From contig NMRA01000478.1 of NCBI GenBank assembly GCA_002633005.1, positions 188,264-252,263 on the forward strand: a stretch of 64,000 nt of DNA. Direction: 5' to 3'. Position numbers and translations under genes: made by a program. Below, piece by piece: positions 37,125 to 51,139 of this stretch. The stretch is from Phoronis australis (taxonomy: Eukaryota > Animalia > Phoronida). The notes under the pieces were generated by a model, which worked only from the letters and a program-made list of their open reading frames with translations, had not been told where the DNA came from and made no database searches. Within the stretch, counting starts at the first letter, position 1. Every line of letters begins with the position of its first letter.

Positions 37125-38750
37125 CCTTTTTGTGCGCCTGTATATGTATACCTATGTATATGTATATAAATACATTGTGCCGTCAACCCTGTTCCTCCGT
37201 CTCACTGCTTGTCCGTCCGCTGACGTATCTCATAAACCTTTGAATGGATGTTTATGAAATGCTGCAGACATGTCCCTTTTTCTGGATTGTACAGTATGAG
37301 CGAATTTTTGGTCGGATCCGACTATCAGTGTGCCCCTTAATGGCAATTTCATTTTTTACGTTGACATCTCAGTCTTCAGAGCTTTAACAAATTTTTCATG
37401 AAATTTTCAAAATAGGTGTCTGATTAGGCAGTTGACGCCACTTTCCTGTTTTCGGATGGAATTGACCTATTTTGAACTACTTTCTGACAATTTTTACTGT
37501 TCCGTAGTCTGCTTGCGTCCGATTCTTTCTTGGCGAAACGACTTTGGGGATCATAACGAGAAAACTATCATTTGTGTTCCTATTGGGAAGAACACGACTA
37601 CTCTGACGCCTCCTAGTGACAATTCTTTTGTGTGTGTTTGTGGCTGAATTTCCTGAGCCCTCTGCAGGATTTAAGTTAAATTTGGCGAGTGCATATCTAT
37701 AAAGGTGACAACACTGAGTTGACAACGAGATTCGGATGGATCCAATTATCACTGCGCCCCTTAGTGGCAATTTAACTTTTTCAGGCTATTCTCAGTAGTA
37801 TCCTTGGAGATCCTTAACGGATTTTCACAAAATTTGCAAACTAAGTTGATATTAAGATGATGGCACCTTCCGGTTTTCAAATGGACTTATCATTTTTATA
37901 ATCTTCGTCCGCCTCTCTATGGACCAAACCACTCTAAGTATCGTTAAGTAAATCGGTGTATGTGTTCCTACTTGGAAGAGCATCACTCAAGTTCGAATGC
38001 TGTGACTCTTCCTGGTGGCAACTTTGCTTTTTTAGCATCCGCAGCTGTTTCTCCTTAACCACTACAGGCAGAATCTTTGATAACTTTGCTAAGTGTATTT
38101 CTGTTCACGTGGCAACGGAGGACGACGACTTTCGGATGTAGCTGGCTACCGAACCAATTTTCGTTTTTTATGTTTCCTTCTGTTTCTACATAGTTCCCAA
38201 ATCAATTTTCATGAAATTTGTAACATACCGTATGTCTTGATTAAGAGGTGATAACACCTTCTCCTTATCGTACGCCATCTACAGGCAACTTATATTGTTT
38301 TTGGCGTCCGACTCTGTGAGTCCAACCACACTAAGGATGAGAATTGGCACATGTGTTTCTTCAGTGAAGTGTGTGGTTCACTAGATTTGCGCACAGGCCT
38401 AACTGCTGTGTTGCTCGCTAGTAATTTTTGTGCCTGTGATTGTATATCCACTTAGTTCCTTGATTGATATTCATGAAATTTTGAACTTGCTCTTATTAAG
38501 AAGATTTGGGTCAAATCCAACTAGTGCAGAGAACCTAGAGTCAATTATGTTTTCCTTCGCGTAAGAGTTCTTTGTAAGACAAATCATGATGAAAGAGGAC
38601 AGGTTTGTTACTGCATTTCTGACTTGATTTTTACCCTCCAGAGAATATTAGGCCTTTTTGAATTGCTCCCCCTATAGTGGATTTCCTTGTTAGTGCGCTG
38701 TATGTAATGCATGGGATGGGCTCTTATCAATGCTCCGCGTTGCTCTTGTA
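37125..38750 (+). mobile_element. Helentron/DINE-1-like non-autonomous element with degenerate internal tandem units
   Basis: T-rich start (tttttgtgcgcctg), gtccgtcc-type microsatellite, recurring ttcatgaaattt and gcgcccc(t)tagtggca cores, ending in ttgctcttgt. Confidence 0.5.
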
Positions 38751-40958
38751 GATGTCTAGTGAATGAATTTTCGCCGGGAATACTTTTGTCTTGCTACATC
38801 TCTCTTTGTCAGGTTCATGTCTGAAGTTAACAGCCAACAAGCAGCGCAGTTATGACGATTTGGTTGAGAGAGCTGATAAAAATAGTTGAAAGATGTAAAA
38901 CTTAGGGACGGATTGACAGCACTTGATTGACTTCGCTTATACCCCATGCCAACCGACTGTCACTTGATTGATGATCGATGACGTTCTCCTGTTTACGGAC
39001 GAATCGGATGTCTTGACCGGTTGCTCCGGGGGAACCGGCGAAGTCTGCCAAGTGGAGCCATTGGCTCAAAACAAATAGATATTTGAATCTTTTGATTCAG
39101 ACATTTAGTTTGAATTACCTCGTAGGTGTCAAAAGTGAGCCAGTGGTTTGTAGAATGACAAGTGACTTAGCGTCATATTTCTTGCAGGTGCCGTGATATA
39201 TTATGCCGACTGAACGTAATTAGTGCCGATGGTATGTCTTTGCCTTGAGATGTGTCAACAACAAGCATCTGATGCAGGACCACGAATGTGACGTCTCTGG
39301 CTCTTCACAAGCGGTATTGAAAGTGAAGTTGTCACCCTGCTATAGTTGTCGCTCAAAGGGTACCACCCGGCCAATTTGTCAGGAAGCTGAATCAGAGAAC
39401 TTCAACCAGAATCTAATGCATAGTATAAAACCTTTATGGGAGAAGTCTATCTGACTGGTATTTTTATCTTAGGTCTGATTATTCTAGGTCTGATTTGAAA
39501 ACGGCTCTATCTCTTTATGGTAAATTCCAACCTTCGTGACATCCTTTGGCGTTTAATCAGATTCCTTCTCAACTGTTCACTGACAACCGTAATGCATGCA
39601 TTGCCTAAATCTTTGATGAATGAACACGTTTGATTCATGCTTTAAAACGTCTCACGTTCGTTTATAATCTTCTTGGCGCCGTTATTGTCAAAAGCAACTT
39701 CTTGTTTTGGCCATGAATTATTCAAAACCTAAACCGTGGTCAAGTTTGTTTGAACTACCTGAACTGCGTATCTTTACGGTAGCAATGAAAAAATAATGAT
39801 GAAATTTTAAACATTTTTTACGTAAAAGAATTCCACGACGGTGAGCAATTACCTTACATACGTGATTTCATAAATCTAGGTTTGCTTTTATACGAATGGT
39901 CCCATGAGTTCCAGTTGTTTTGATCTCAGTAGCAGCAGCTTCTTACGGCGTGTAAATAACGAGAACGAGATTCAGTTAGGCCTTCAAAATTAATTGCTTT
40001 GTTTCTTGTGCTTCAAATTGTTCCAGAACCTTCAGGTTATCTAGGACTATAATAAACGACCTCAACTCTAAGCCAGATATCGAATAAACTATCTAGACTG
40101 TGTATATGTTATATAGTGTTTAAATGTGTTATCGTTCGCTAATTAAAAAGCGCTTGTTATTTGTTTTCCTGGGTATCTAGAGAGATCCTTTTCATACAAC
40201 AGGTTTTTGCATGGCTCGATCTCAGGCTACACCACAAACCAACCTGTCTCGAATATTGGAGTCTCTCAGAGGGTGAAAATTGCAGTTCTCAGTAATTTTT
40301 TTTAGATCAGCATGAAAATCATCCAAAAGCTTTCCGTCTTTCTGCGATTGGGTACTGAACATATATCGTTCCTATGTTAGTCATTTTTTTGCCTAAATGT
40401 ACGCGTACTTCCCGACACAACATCGACATCATCCCTATCACCTTCAGGAGACTTCACGGTATTAAACACTCACTGCATTACGAGATAAAAAAGGAAGTAA
40501 AGTTGCAGTCTGAACTTGCTTTGACATCCGGGACCAGTGTCCCGCTAGTCCATTGTTACGCAATGCCCAGTCATCTTCAATCGAAAATCAGGAAGTTATA
40601 GTTTATCTGGAAATGAGCTATTGCGAACCATATATAAATTGCAAAACGATTCACACGGGGTCAAAGACTAGGCTATCGAACTTGACTCGTACTTGAGCTA
40701 ACTCAAATAAACGATGGATCAAACAGTGTTACGTAACGGTTGTATGACTATGAAGGAAATTTAGGGCTTCAGGAAGTATAAGCTTAGATACGCTCTTATC
40801 AGTGATTTAAATAGACCTTTGCCCCGTCTCCAGCTGCAGGAAATAAAACATGGTACTTATGCCTGACCAGTTAGTGGAGCTACTGTATTTTCATTCAGAG
40901 AACAAGAATAAACACTGGCCGAGTTATAAGTCCTGTCCATGCACACAAAGCCTTCCTT

Positions 40959-41018
40959 ACAACTTGCACTAGTGCAACTTACCCCACAACAACTTGCACT
41001 AGTGCAACTTACCCCACA
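40959..41018. repeat. Two copies of a 30-bp tandem repeat with palindromic core ttgcactagtgcaa
   Basis: Directly visible. Confidence 0.85.
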
Positions 41019-42654
41019 CACACATATCCGGTAGTTGTGTAAGGCGGAAGTTGTCGCTCTGCGAGTGACAACAAATGGTCAATGCGAATACGGGATGGGG
41101 CGCAGAAGAAGACCTGATAAGTACGGCCGCCTTGCCCTAGGTTTGCGGCCATACTGCGATTAGGAGTGGCGTAAGTTTCCCTTCAACAAGCTAATCTAGT
41201 TGTAAGTCGCCAAGGAAGGTGGCAAATCTCTGGGTTCCTGTCTAAAATAAGGAAAACACTGAAGGATAACAACTACTTGGACGTGACTCTAAACGTGGGA
41301 AAAAAATCGATAAAAAGTTTTTATATTGTTTGTTTTTCTTAAACATTGTTTTTATAATTTTCAAAAAATCCAAATTTGCCTCTATTTTTTCAACACGTTC
41401 TGGTATTAGTTATCAACCGTTTCCTCAGGCAATAATCTGATTATCCATACCAAATACATGTATAAAATCACGATTTTGTGTCATTTTTTGCGTGTGAGTT
41501 GTGGCAAGCACGACACCTTCTGTCATTTGGTCACTTTCCGTCCAATAAGTAAAAATGTGGTCCATGCATTAAAAACCCTGGCAAGCGATTGTACTTCAGT
41601 TGTGGTGGATTTCAAATTTGCAAGTTTCGTAAAAAAACTGACCCACGTGTTGTGGAAAAATACGACCGAGAATCTTGTCACCACCATGAAATGAAGAGTA
41701 GAGAAAAACTTTGTTTTGAAGTTAAGCGGGCATCGCTTGCCACTTGAGATCAAAATTGTTTCATAATCCGCTGTCATAATGTTCCAATTTCTGTTGATGT
41801 AATTGAATTAATATTTACTTCATGTTTAGAAAATATGACATAACTATTTTTTCAAGTGTAATTTTAATCATTTTTGCGAACTTGTGAATCACAACAGACG
41901 ACCAAAACAAATATGGCTGACACATTGGCGGAGCTTAGGGGGCACTGAACAGTTAGACTGAAAAAATATTAAAATCTAGGGTTAGAGGTCATTTTTTAGT
42001 TAGGTATTGTATGTAGGCCAAGTGAATTTGGTTTGTTTGTATTTGTGAACATGCTGAGAATTAAAAAGGCCACTTTCTTGGCTGTAGCTGCACTCTTCTT
42101 CAAGATGGCGGCCCTCTGTTGCAGTTGTGCATTGCTGTTTAGCAATTGAGAAATTGGCCGCGATTTCAGGTAGCCCTCAAACAAGCCAGATTTGCAAAAA
42201 AACTAATTGGTTGACAGTACTTTTGGACCACATTTTTGGAATCGGTAGGAGATTTGCTTTCGGAGTCTAATGTTGGCTTTAGTCGTGCATCGGCAGGGAA
42301 GTGGTGATTTTGGGGTGAAAAGTGCCGATTTTGCATTTTTTGCCCTTATTTTTCTTAGTTCAGCTTGGTTTCCACCGGGAGTGAAAGGGTCAAAAATACA
42401 AGAGAGTACAAAGTTTCTGTGCTCATCTGTAGGGCTTGTAATGTGAAATGACTCAAAACTTTTCTTTATTTGCCTGCAGTTTTTGACAGAGTGAAGAAAG
42501 GGTGAAGAGTCCATTGACATGTGTTCTGATAGGCAAATCCCTGTGAGAACTGTTCAGTGCCTCCTTAGCATTGATTTATTGTCTGCTGCTAGCTGGTTCC
42601 CTGGGTGTCCGCTAGGCGGTAGACAACACGCAGGTCTAGGGGCACAAACCGTTC

Positions 42655-44200
42655 CAGTGGCGGATCTACGGGGGGTTCAGGGGGTTTAAACTCCCCCCCC
42701 TCGCGCCAGGACCCAAAAATTNTTTTGCATTGTGAATTGTTGCTGTTATGGAAATTGACGCATTTCGAGTCTTCGTGGCTCATCGGCAAAACTCCGGAGA
42801 TCAACTGTGCGCGCGCTTCCGTCGACACTTCTGAAGCAGCCAAGCATTTTAGATGGATCCATCGCTGAAAGAGCAGCTCTATATAGCTGATTTCTTTAGG
42901 TAACTAGTTTCTTTACTCTAAGATATGTTTTGATTTGATTAGGGGAAATACTGTGGTGCCGCAACCCTGATATTCAGGCGAATTGACGTGCAACGTTTTT
43001 ATCTCATCTGTCATGCCGTGTCATCCTATTACACCACACACGTTCGTAACTCGAATTTGACAGGTGTATAGTAAAGTTGTCTTGCGCAATATCATACAGT
43101 GTACATGTACATGTAATTCTTTTGAAAAAAACACTCGTTTTCCAAGAATTGCTATTGTGGCGAGCGCCGTGGTCTGGTCGCGAGTCTGTTTGAAGATGCA
43201 CTCTAACAAGATACAACTGTATGTCTATACAAATAATTACCAAGGGGCCGGGCACTCACATTGACAAAGTGACCACATTCGCGAACAGTGTACAGTACCA
43301 GAAGTTTTGAGGAGGCTGTATTTTCACAACAAAGTGTTGTGGGACTCGTGCGATGTTCAATAGGCCCCTAAGGAGCCCTTGTGCCGACCTCAACACCTAC
43401 CGTCTTTCTACCTGCAATAAGCACCAATGCCGTTTTCTACACTGGGAATTTCCGCCCACCCGACGAAACGCCCATGCCCATGGGCATTTATTTGATGTTA
43501 GTACTTCGGGTTTCAAGCTTTCAGACATTCGGACGTTTATTTCGAAAATTGCAAGAGATACAAATGGATCCTGGGATACATCGTCAAGGTTTGAAGTAGT
43601 CCATGATGAACGGATCAAATTTAGTTGCGCATTCTGTAACCTCAGATAGTCTATCTGAGCTGTAACTAAGTCTTTTGAATGGACTTGGTAACCTCAGGGG
43701 GCTTAGTGCCAACTGAGCTGCGAAACGAAATGCTGACATTGTAGAGGCGTACAAGCTCATTGACACAGCAGTTGACGAAGTGCAAGTGTTGGGAACAAAC
43801 GTCGAAGATGTCTGGGTAGAATGGTTCCAAGAGGAGCAAACCATTGGATCCGATGTACAGATTCCTCGGCAGTCTAGACAACAGAAAGATAGGACCAACG
43901 TTCCCGGAGAAACATCCAGGTAATAAGTTATAATTTTACACAGTTTGTAATAATGTCGGTTTTTTATGCTTGTGTACAATGAAAACGAATTAGAAATTAT
44001 TTTTGGACATGCCAAATTTACCCAGTACAGCAGAGGGTCTACGAGCGCACAGAAACTGATTCTGGTTTGTATTTCTACTTGAGTCTATGTGCTTCATATC
44101 CAAAATCTATTTCACGTAGTGCGTAGTTAAATCTGTACTCAATAGTTGTTTCTTCCAGTGAGTACTACAGAACGATGCGAAAACCCTTCCTAGACAACGG
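42655..44200 (+). pseudogene. hAT transposon relic with intron-containing P52rIPK/ZMYM1-like transposase fragments
   Basis: Left TIR cagtggcggatctacggggggttcagggg. Fragments MDPSLKEQLYIADFF, DIVEAYKLIDTAVDEVQVLGTNVEDVWVEWFQE...IPRQSRQQKDRTNVPGETS, then an intron, then EYYRT..KPFLD. Confidence 0.75.
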
Positions 44201-44317
44201 TTACCTTTCGTAGCAGTTGACCACCAGATGTGTAAACTACACGTATGAGCAACCACTGGGGATTACAAAGTGTCTAGAGAGAAGTTTTCAATTCAATTTT
44301 TTTTGCAAAGTACGCTT

Positions 44318-44585
44318 TAGGTCTCGCGACGGACCAGGCCAGCTTGATTTGTGTAGATATCGAGTTCAGTGTACTTCTGGTCCCTCGGCGAACTAGTCTT
44401 GTGATGTTTTTTTTTTTTACCAAAGTGTGCTTTGTAAAACTATCTATCTCAGCCAGTACTGTTTGGTCCCGCGACAGATCGACTATTTTTATAGGAATAA
44501 TAAGCACAGGTGTACTTTTGGTCTCGCGACGGACCAGGCCAGAGTTTTTGTGTACTCTCATCTGGTCCCTCTGCGAACTGGTCCT
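44318..44585. repeat. Short alternating repeats ggtctcgcgacggaccaggccag and tggtccc...gcgaact(a/g)gtc
   Basis: The 23-mer recurs at about 44320 and 44520, with related inverted units between. Confidence 0.6.
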
Positions 44586-44634
44586 GTATATCTTTTCACC
44601 ACGGTGTACAGAATGTTTTGGTTTCGACTCTGTA

Positions 44635-45532
44635 TTCTCACGCACGATTTCACTTCAGCATAAATATTCCTCAGGAGATTGAACACTTTCCCGTGAAGAT
44701 TATTTTTTAACAAACAATAAAACAGACGTGTAGTTTCTAGGCTGTCAAACGCCTTGCTAAAGTCCACAAAGGCACAGTACATTTTTCCACCTCTTTTTGA
44801 TAAATTTATGTGGGCCAAAGCTTGTAGAACAAAAATGTTATCCACGGTCGAATAACCCGCCCTAAATCCGGCTTGTTCCTCAGGGATACATTGCATTGCA
44901 TCCGACCACTCAATCAGCCTTCTGTTTAATATTGATGTAAATATCTTGCTTATGCTATCAATTAAAGAAATTCCCCTGTAATTATTTGGGTTATTTTTGT
45001 CTCCTTTCTTGTAAATTGGAACGATTATACTCTTTCTCCAGTTCTCCGGGAATTTTCCTGTCGCCAGTACCTTGTTGAATAGTTTGCATAACACTTCAAG
45101 GATGTCACCAGTCAGTGCTTTGAAGAGTTCATTTGGAATACCGTCTTCTCCAGGGGTTTTGTTGCTTTTAAGTTTATTTATTTCCTGATTGATTTCGGAC
45201 ATGTCAATTTCTTTATTAAGTTGTACCAGGATTTCATCACCAGGTGTGTTGGCACAGTCATTGCAGCTTTCGTCGTGCTCTCGCATTTCGTCCAGCAAAT
45301 TATTAAGGAATTCTCTGTTTTCCCGTACAGGCTCAGTGTTCAAGAGTTTTTCAAAATAGTTATACCATTCCTTCGACGAAATATCCGCTTGTTGAATATT
45401 GTTCGGATTTATGATTGACTTCACGTTTGCCCAGAATATTCTTGGATCTCTCACTGAATCACATAATTTCTTTTCCATTTGTTCGTTATAATTCTTCTTT
45501 TTTTCACGACAGGTTTCCTTAAATTGACTTTT
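44635..45532 (-). mobile_element. LINE ORF2 reverse-transcriptase fragment with open frame, running into the assembly gap
   Basis: KTPGEDGIPNE...PIYKKGD...NYRGISL...QAGFR.GYSTVDNIF...AFVDFSKAFDS. Confidence 0.93.
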
Positions 45533-46247
45533 NNNNNNNNNNNNNNNNNNNNNNNNNNNNNNNNNNNNNNNNNNNNNNNNNNNNNNNNNNNNNNNNNNNN
45601 NNNNNNNNNNNNNNNNNNNNNNNNNNNNNNNNNNNNNNNNNNNNNNNNNNNNNNNNNNNNNNNNNNNNNNNNNNNNNNNNNNNNNNNNNNNNNNNNNNNN
45701 NNNNNNNNNNNNNNNNNNNNNNNNNNNNNNNNNNNNNNNNNNNNNNNNNNNNNNNNNNNNNNNNNNNNNNNNNNNNNNNNNNNNNNNNNNNNNNNNNNNN
45801 NNNNNNNNNNNNNNNNNNNNNNNNNNNNNNNNNNNNNNNNNNNNNNNNNNNNNNNNNNNNNNNNNNNNNNNNNNNNNNNNNNNNNNNNNNNNNNNNNNNN
45901 NNNNNNNNNNNNNNNNNNNNNNNNNNNNNNNNNNNNNNNNNNNNNNNNNNNNNNNNNNNNNNNNNNNNNNNNNNNNNNNNNNNNNNNNNNNNNNNNNNNN
46001 NNNNNNNNNNNNNNNNNNNNNNNNNNNNNNNNNNNNNNNNNNNNNNNNNNNNNNNNNNNNNNNNNNNNNNNNNNNNNNNNNNNNNNNNNNNNNNNNNNNN
46101 NNNNNNNNNNNNNNNNNNNNNNNNNNNNNNNNNNNNNNNNNNNNNNNNNNNNNNNNNNNNNNNNNNNNNNNNNNNNNNNNNNNNNNNNNNNNNNNNNNNN
46201 NNNNNNNNNNNNNNNNNNNNNNNNNNNNNNNNNNNNNNNNNNNNNNN
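45533..46247. other. Assembly gap (715 N)
   Basis: Run of N. Confidence 1.
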
Positions 46248-46949
46248 AAATAATGTTGCATGTCATACCTCTCAGAAAATTAATATTGTTCCAATAAATT
46301 AAGAAAATTGGAATATTCATTCTCGCGATCCTGCAACACCATCCAAATGTTCTTCTGTGTTACACACGGCAAAGCCAAAGTTTTATCCCCACGCGAAATA
46401 GCCTCGTTTACGCTCGACTAAAAAGGAATCTTTCAATCATAATTAATTGATACTATATACCATTCATTATTTTATTCCATGCATTATGTTTTTAGAAAAA
46501 AAACGATACTCAACGTCCCACAATAAATACAAGTCTGTTCGCCAGCTTGACTCGGCCGTTGCTAGGCTGGATACTATCGGGTTCATGAACTCGGTTTATG
46601 TACGAGTTCTCAGGGCCCCCAGTGGGGGCGCCAGTATGCTTGTGACGTCAGTGGACAAAAGGGGAATTGGCCAACATTCACCATGCCTCGCGCGCGGCCT
46701 GTCTTGACAGCGCGTGCGTGCACTCTCGTCGCATCATGGAACACCACCCACGTCGACGCTCAGTGTCCTCTCGCAAGACACCGCACTGCCTTTCCGACTT
46801 CTCTTGCACACGCACGATTTCCGTGAACGCACTCCTCATGCTGAGTTCAGTTCCAGATTCGGATACCAACGCAGATTTCTGCGTCTCCAGCGATGACTTC
46901 GGTAGGTCTTGGCGTGATCAACTCGATTGTTTTTCAGACGAACAAGCAT

Positions 46950-47465
46950 CACCCCGGCCAACCCGCGATCAAGAACGTGAGCTTGCACCAAAAATGGCAG
47001 ACGACAGTGACGTACCCGGTGAGTTTAAATACCATTTTCTTCTTAAACAGAGGCTACTTTCGAACGAATGCGACACACAGAAACGCGTCAGAGATAAGCC
47101 TTGGTTGTGGATCTGAAATAATACCTGGATTTTGCTTGTTTTTTTCAGTTAACTAACGGGCGCAGAAAGCAATGGCGTTCGGTGAAATGTCTTGCGCTTC
47201 GTAAAATCGACAATTTCTTCTTGTTATTAGCAATTTCCAGGGTTCTTATGTAGAGACTATGACTTTTACAGGTTAATCGTCTGCATTGGCGTGAATAGTA
47301 ATCGTAATAGTAAGTGATATATATTTATTGAAGAATACACAGAACATACAAAGAAATAATAGTCGTTCAAGTTACGGTGTTTTGTCAATAATTTCAGAAT
47401 AATGTGGACCCTGAATTTGTTGATGGGCTGATTGTTAATGGGGCTATTCGGAAAATTTACATTAA
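46950..47465 (+). mobile_element. Left-end fragment of the Chapaev-type family
   Basis: caccccggccaacccgcgatc... colinear with 5194-5775. Confidence 0.82.
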
Positions 47466-47501
47466 CTAGGGGGCGCGCGTGTACTAGTTGTGGTATATAA
47501 A

Positions 47502-49897
47502 AGGAGAATGCCACCCGATTTAATTAGTCTTTTTGACCGTCTTAATTGGTCTATATCCACAACACCCCGTATACAGTCGATCTTGCCTCCCCAAGAGGTG
47601 TCATGATGTGAACCTGTGAAGAAGGTGAGAAACGACACACGACGTCAGTGGTTCTTCTGCAGACTGAGTGCCGCTATGGTGTGGTGTATCTTCCCCGCTT
47701 GTGCGAACAATGAATCGTTTTTTTCGATTTCTTCGAGTGCCCATAATGGTTCAGAAGTGGCTCGCAGTAGTGAAGAATGTTAAGTACGCCGTTATACTAC
47801 CATGTATGAGGCCGTGAAACTTCTCCGTGTCCGTCAGCCGGCCTGCAGTCGTCGGGTCGGTTGTTGATCAATTTTTGATTATGTAAGTTGTAATTAGCCA
47901 TGAAAACATAAACAATTACAATTAATTCAAGGCATAAGAACATAATAATCTGTTTGATGACTGTCTCGGTCGTCAAGCTTATGGTTGGTCCTCTGGGTGT
48001 AGGATGTTTCGCCACTTTTTTCAGAATTTTCTAGGCCGCAAATGCAAGCGTCAGTCGTTTGCATTATCATGTAGTTAGCTCAGTGACACATTTGCAAGTC
48101 ATTCAAACGGTTGTCTGAACTGTACACGTCTTCCGTTGTCTGTACATGTTCACGGAGCCTCTCTATTATTTCTTGTTCGGTGTGTTCTGGTTCGAACCGA
48201 TAGCCAGTGAAACCTAACGATCGACCTGTGACGTCTTCGTCGGATGAGCTCTCGTCCAAGTCGGGATTGCGAGTTGCCACGTTGGCGTTTATTAATGTTA
48301 GTTCTGTTTCAATAACTCGATTTTATGTCCTATTTTCAGATGTTAGGGGAATCTTTATTTAGATATTCATATGCATTATTCGATTCATTGTTGTTACTGT
48401 ACTGCCCTGACGGTTCTGTGGAAGGGTAACCTGACTTCTCGGCCCTCGAGGAGCTTGTAAGTAGATTTGAGATTTCGCGGCTAATTCACCAAAATAACCA
48501 CGTACACATTTTGCCTTTGGCTCACTAGTATAGTATTTTTGTGACTGCGAGTTTAGTTTCCAACTGTGGCTGGTTGATGTTCGTGATGTCTTCAGTCCGG
48601 CCGCGATGGGCCTGATCGGGCTCCGACGGGGCCATTGGCCGGGATAGCAAGCGTTTTGTGTGTTTAGAACTGAAAAAAAAATCACAAGTCTAAAATTACA
48701 ACACATAGCTATGTTCTCCTGTCTGTATTTCACGAACGAATAATTTGAATTCGTCACCGAACAGACCCCAAACTCCCGCGAACCGCGGACCTTGTTAAAT
48801 TGGCCTACCCGAAACTCTGTAGGCTACGGTACGTTCAAAAACCTAAAAATCTGAAACTGCGAAACAAAAGAACACGTTTGTTCAATAACTAGATGTATTT
48901 GTAAGGGGTTTACATCGAATTTTGATGATTAATTGGTGTGAAACTATGAATTCAAGCGGTAAGCTAACACCAGTAAGCGTGTTGTGAACGAGGGAACAGA
49001 CTGCTTTCGAACCTCTGACGTCATTGGTTAATTTTAACACCTCCGTCTGCCGTCAGGTGTCAGGTAAAAGAGCTATACTTGCTTGTCACGTTTTGCCCCG
49101 TGTGTGGGTGGGCGCAGGTTGTTACAGACCGGTGCTAATAGCTTTCGGTGCGACGATTGACTGAAGACTGATTCGATTTAATCCTTTATTAATCCCGACC
49201 GTACGTTCACAAGCCTACTCAAACAAAACGTCCGACGTAATGTCTGTTCTATGCTCCAGCCAGTGCTGCGAAGCCTTGACTTTTGATGAACTTCTGAGAC
49301 ACTTTCATCAACTGTTACACTCGTCGATTCAATAACCTGTTGTCTCTATAGCTGGCTCTCTATTGACTATTGCTGTAACTGCTGATTCTCTTCACTGCAA
49401 CTCAAATGTAATTCTCCTGATAAACTTTCTTGAACTTCTGATGAACTGACTTGATCTGACTAACACAAACCCGTGCTTGTGTATTTATAGCCTAATGCAT
49501 AATTGTTCTGCAACTTTACATCAATTCAAGCACATTCTAGAACTTTCCTGAATCTACCCAATCATTCCACAAACATGTACTAGTCTCTAGAATATTCCAG
49601 ACTGCATTAACCACTGTCATGCTAGAGTCTTCTAGAAAGTTCCACACTATACTGCAGTAAATAAATTACATCATCACTACTGAACTCAATCTACTAGAAA
49701 GCTCCATACCATTCTGTAGTAAACAAATTACACCATCATTGTACTTAACTCAGGGGTCATACCAATCAAACTGAATAACAAAGCAAAACAATACAACTAA
49801 TAATACTGTCAGACTATATTCTGACATTGCTGTTATCGAGTGGAACTACTCGATCTAAATTGATACAAACTAGGTTGTTTTTGGGTGGCATTCTCCT
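47502..49897 (+). mobile_element. Kolobok family B, copy 2, with a nested solo LTR
   Basis: TIR aggagaatgccaccc/gggtggcattctcct; decayed TTAA flanks; KolX relic ORF 48080-48280 (GYRFEPE...RLNDLQMCH); THAP relic at about 47675-47850. Confidence 0.85.
49084..49826 (-). mobile_element. Solo LTR (743 bp; BEL/Pao- or Gypsy-type)
   Basis: TGTCA...TGACA termini; perfect 5-bp TSD TTGCT; absent from the 32340 copy. TATAAATA (about 49485) followed by AATAAA (about 49187) on the minus strand. Confidence 0.88.
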
Positions 49898-50063
49898 TTA
49901 GGCAGCCTCGATTTCGCGAGCCCTTTAAATACATGGTGAAATGGTTTGCAGCCGTGCCAACTGAATCTGAGATTGTGTGAAAGTTTGCTTCTATGAGAGG
50001 AAGTAAGCACGACCTTGTACAAAGGTAAGGTCTGAGATTATTTTAACGATTATTCCATGTTTA

Positions 50064-50476
50064 TTCTGCTGATGCCTGTTAACTGAGGTACTCGCCGAGG
50101 TCGACTTCGCGGCAGTCGCCAGTAGGGTTAATCTTTGTTTGTTGTGATGTATGTTACGATACTTGACATAGGATAGGGAGTAAACAAATAGTCTAATGGA
50201 TATTTGTCACGTACCCTTTGCCATTGGGCTTGGATTGTACCCTTAACTCACTAATAAATATCAAGTTGACAGCATAAACATTCAGCATTGATTGATGTAA
50301 CTGTCACTGATTAACCTGTTAGAAATCATTCCAAACAACAATAATACTTTGATGTACGAAAAGATCCAGAGTGCTACGTCAAGTACTAACACATCACAAC
50401 AAACAAAGCTTAACCCGACTGGCGATTGCGCGATGTCGACATCGACGAATACCTCAGTTAACAGGCATCAGTAGAA
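50064..50476. mobile_element. Fold-back MITE with arms of about 105 bp
   Basis: ttctgctgatgcctgttaactgaggta...tacttgac is inverted at gtcaagta...tacctcagttaacaggcatcagtagaa. Confidence 0.75.
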
Positions 50477-51139
50477 GAACTGATAGTTCGTAGCTGCTTG
50501 AAACCAAGCATACTGCAGTATGTAGACTTGGCCAGCTGGTCATTACCTGCCAATCATGACCTCGAGCACAACGAAATGTCACATACCCTTCTAATCTAAG
50601 TAAGGAACACTGCGCGTTATGTTTATATGCCTTACATTTACACCCTTAAGGGTTCAATACAGCTCCAAATTACAGTTGAATTTTGGATTCTCATGTTCTG
50701 TATCTTGATCTTTTCCCACTACAAATCTACAAAAGACGTGTGCTGGTCATCGAATTATTTTCTCTGTTATAGACAAATGCATCTGTAAGGAAATATATTA
50801 CAACCGTTAAAACACAAAACTGACATTGTGTAACGAAATTAATAATTTCAACCATTGATTAATTAGAGGTCCGTGACTTATCAGTAACCCAAGCTTCATA
50901 TTTTGCAAGAGTTACATCTGTTAACGCGACTCTAGCGGAAACGCTAATTTAGTGACCGACACAAGTTTTTTTGCAGATGTGTAGACGGCAGAGACGAAAA
51001 TAAAAAATAAAAAAATTCAAAAAATCCGCTGGGATTAATTTAAGACCTTTGAACACCCTAATGATACCATTCCGCCCTTATATAAACGATGTTTGATGTC
51101 AGTAACTATATGTGCTGTGTAGTTTTTCAGATAACCGAG

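Noticed and set aside
40480-40900. Possible very old RT relic (QCPASPLL)
   Set aside because: A single weak motif with no supporting neighbours.
44318-44585. CRISPR-like repeat/spacer array
   Set aside because: Few, irregular, mixed-orientation repeats in eukaryotic context with no cas genes; more likely TE subterminal repeats. The same applies to 33773-33890.
45451-46320. Long ORFs of 272-567 aa across this region
   Set aside because: Artefacts of translating the N gap; only the RT portion left of the gap is real.
46615-46650. CTCF-like/CRE motif (ccagtgggggcgcc...tgacgtca)
   Set aside because: Imperfect spacing relative to the CTCF consensus and no gene context.
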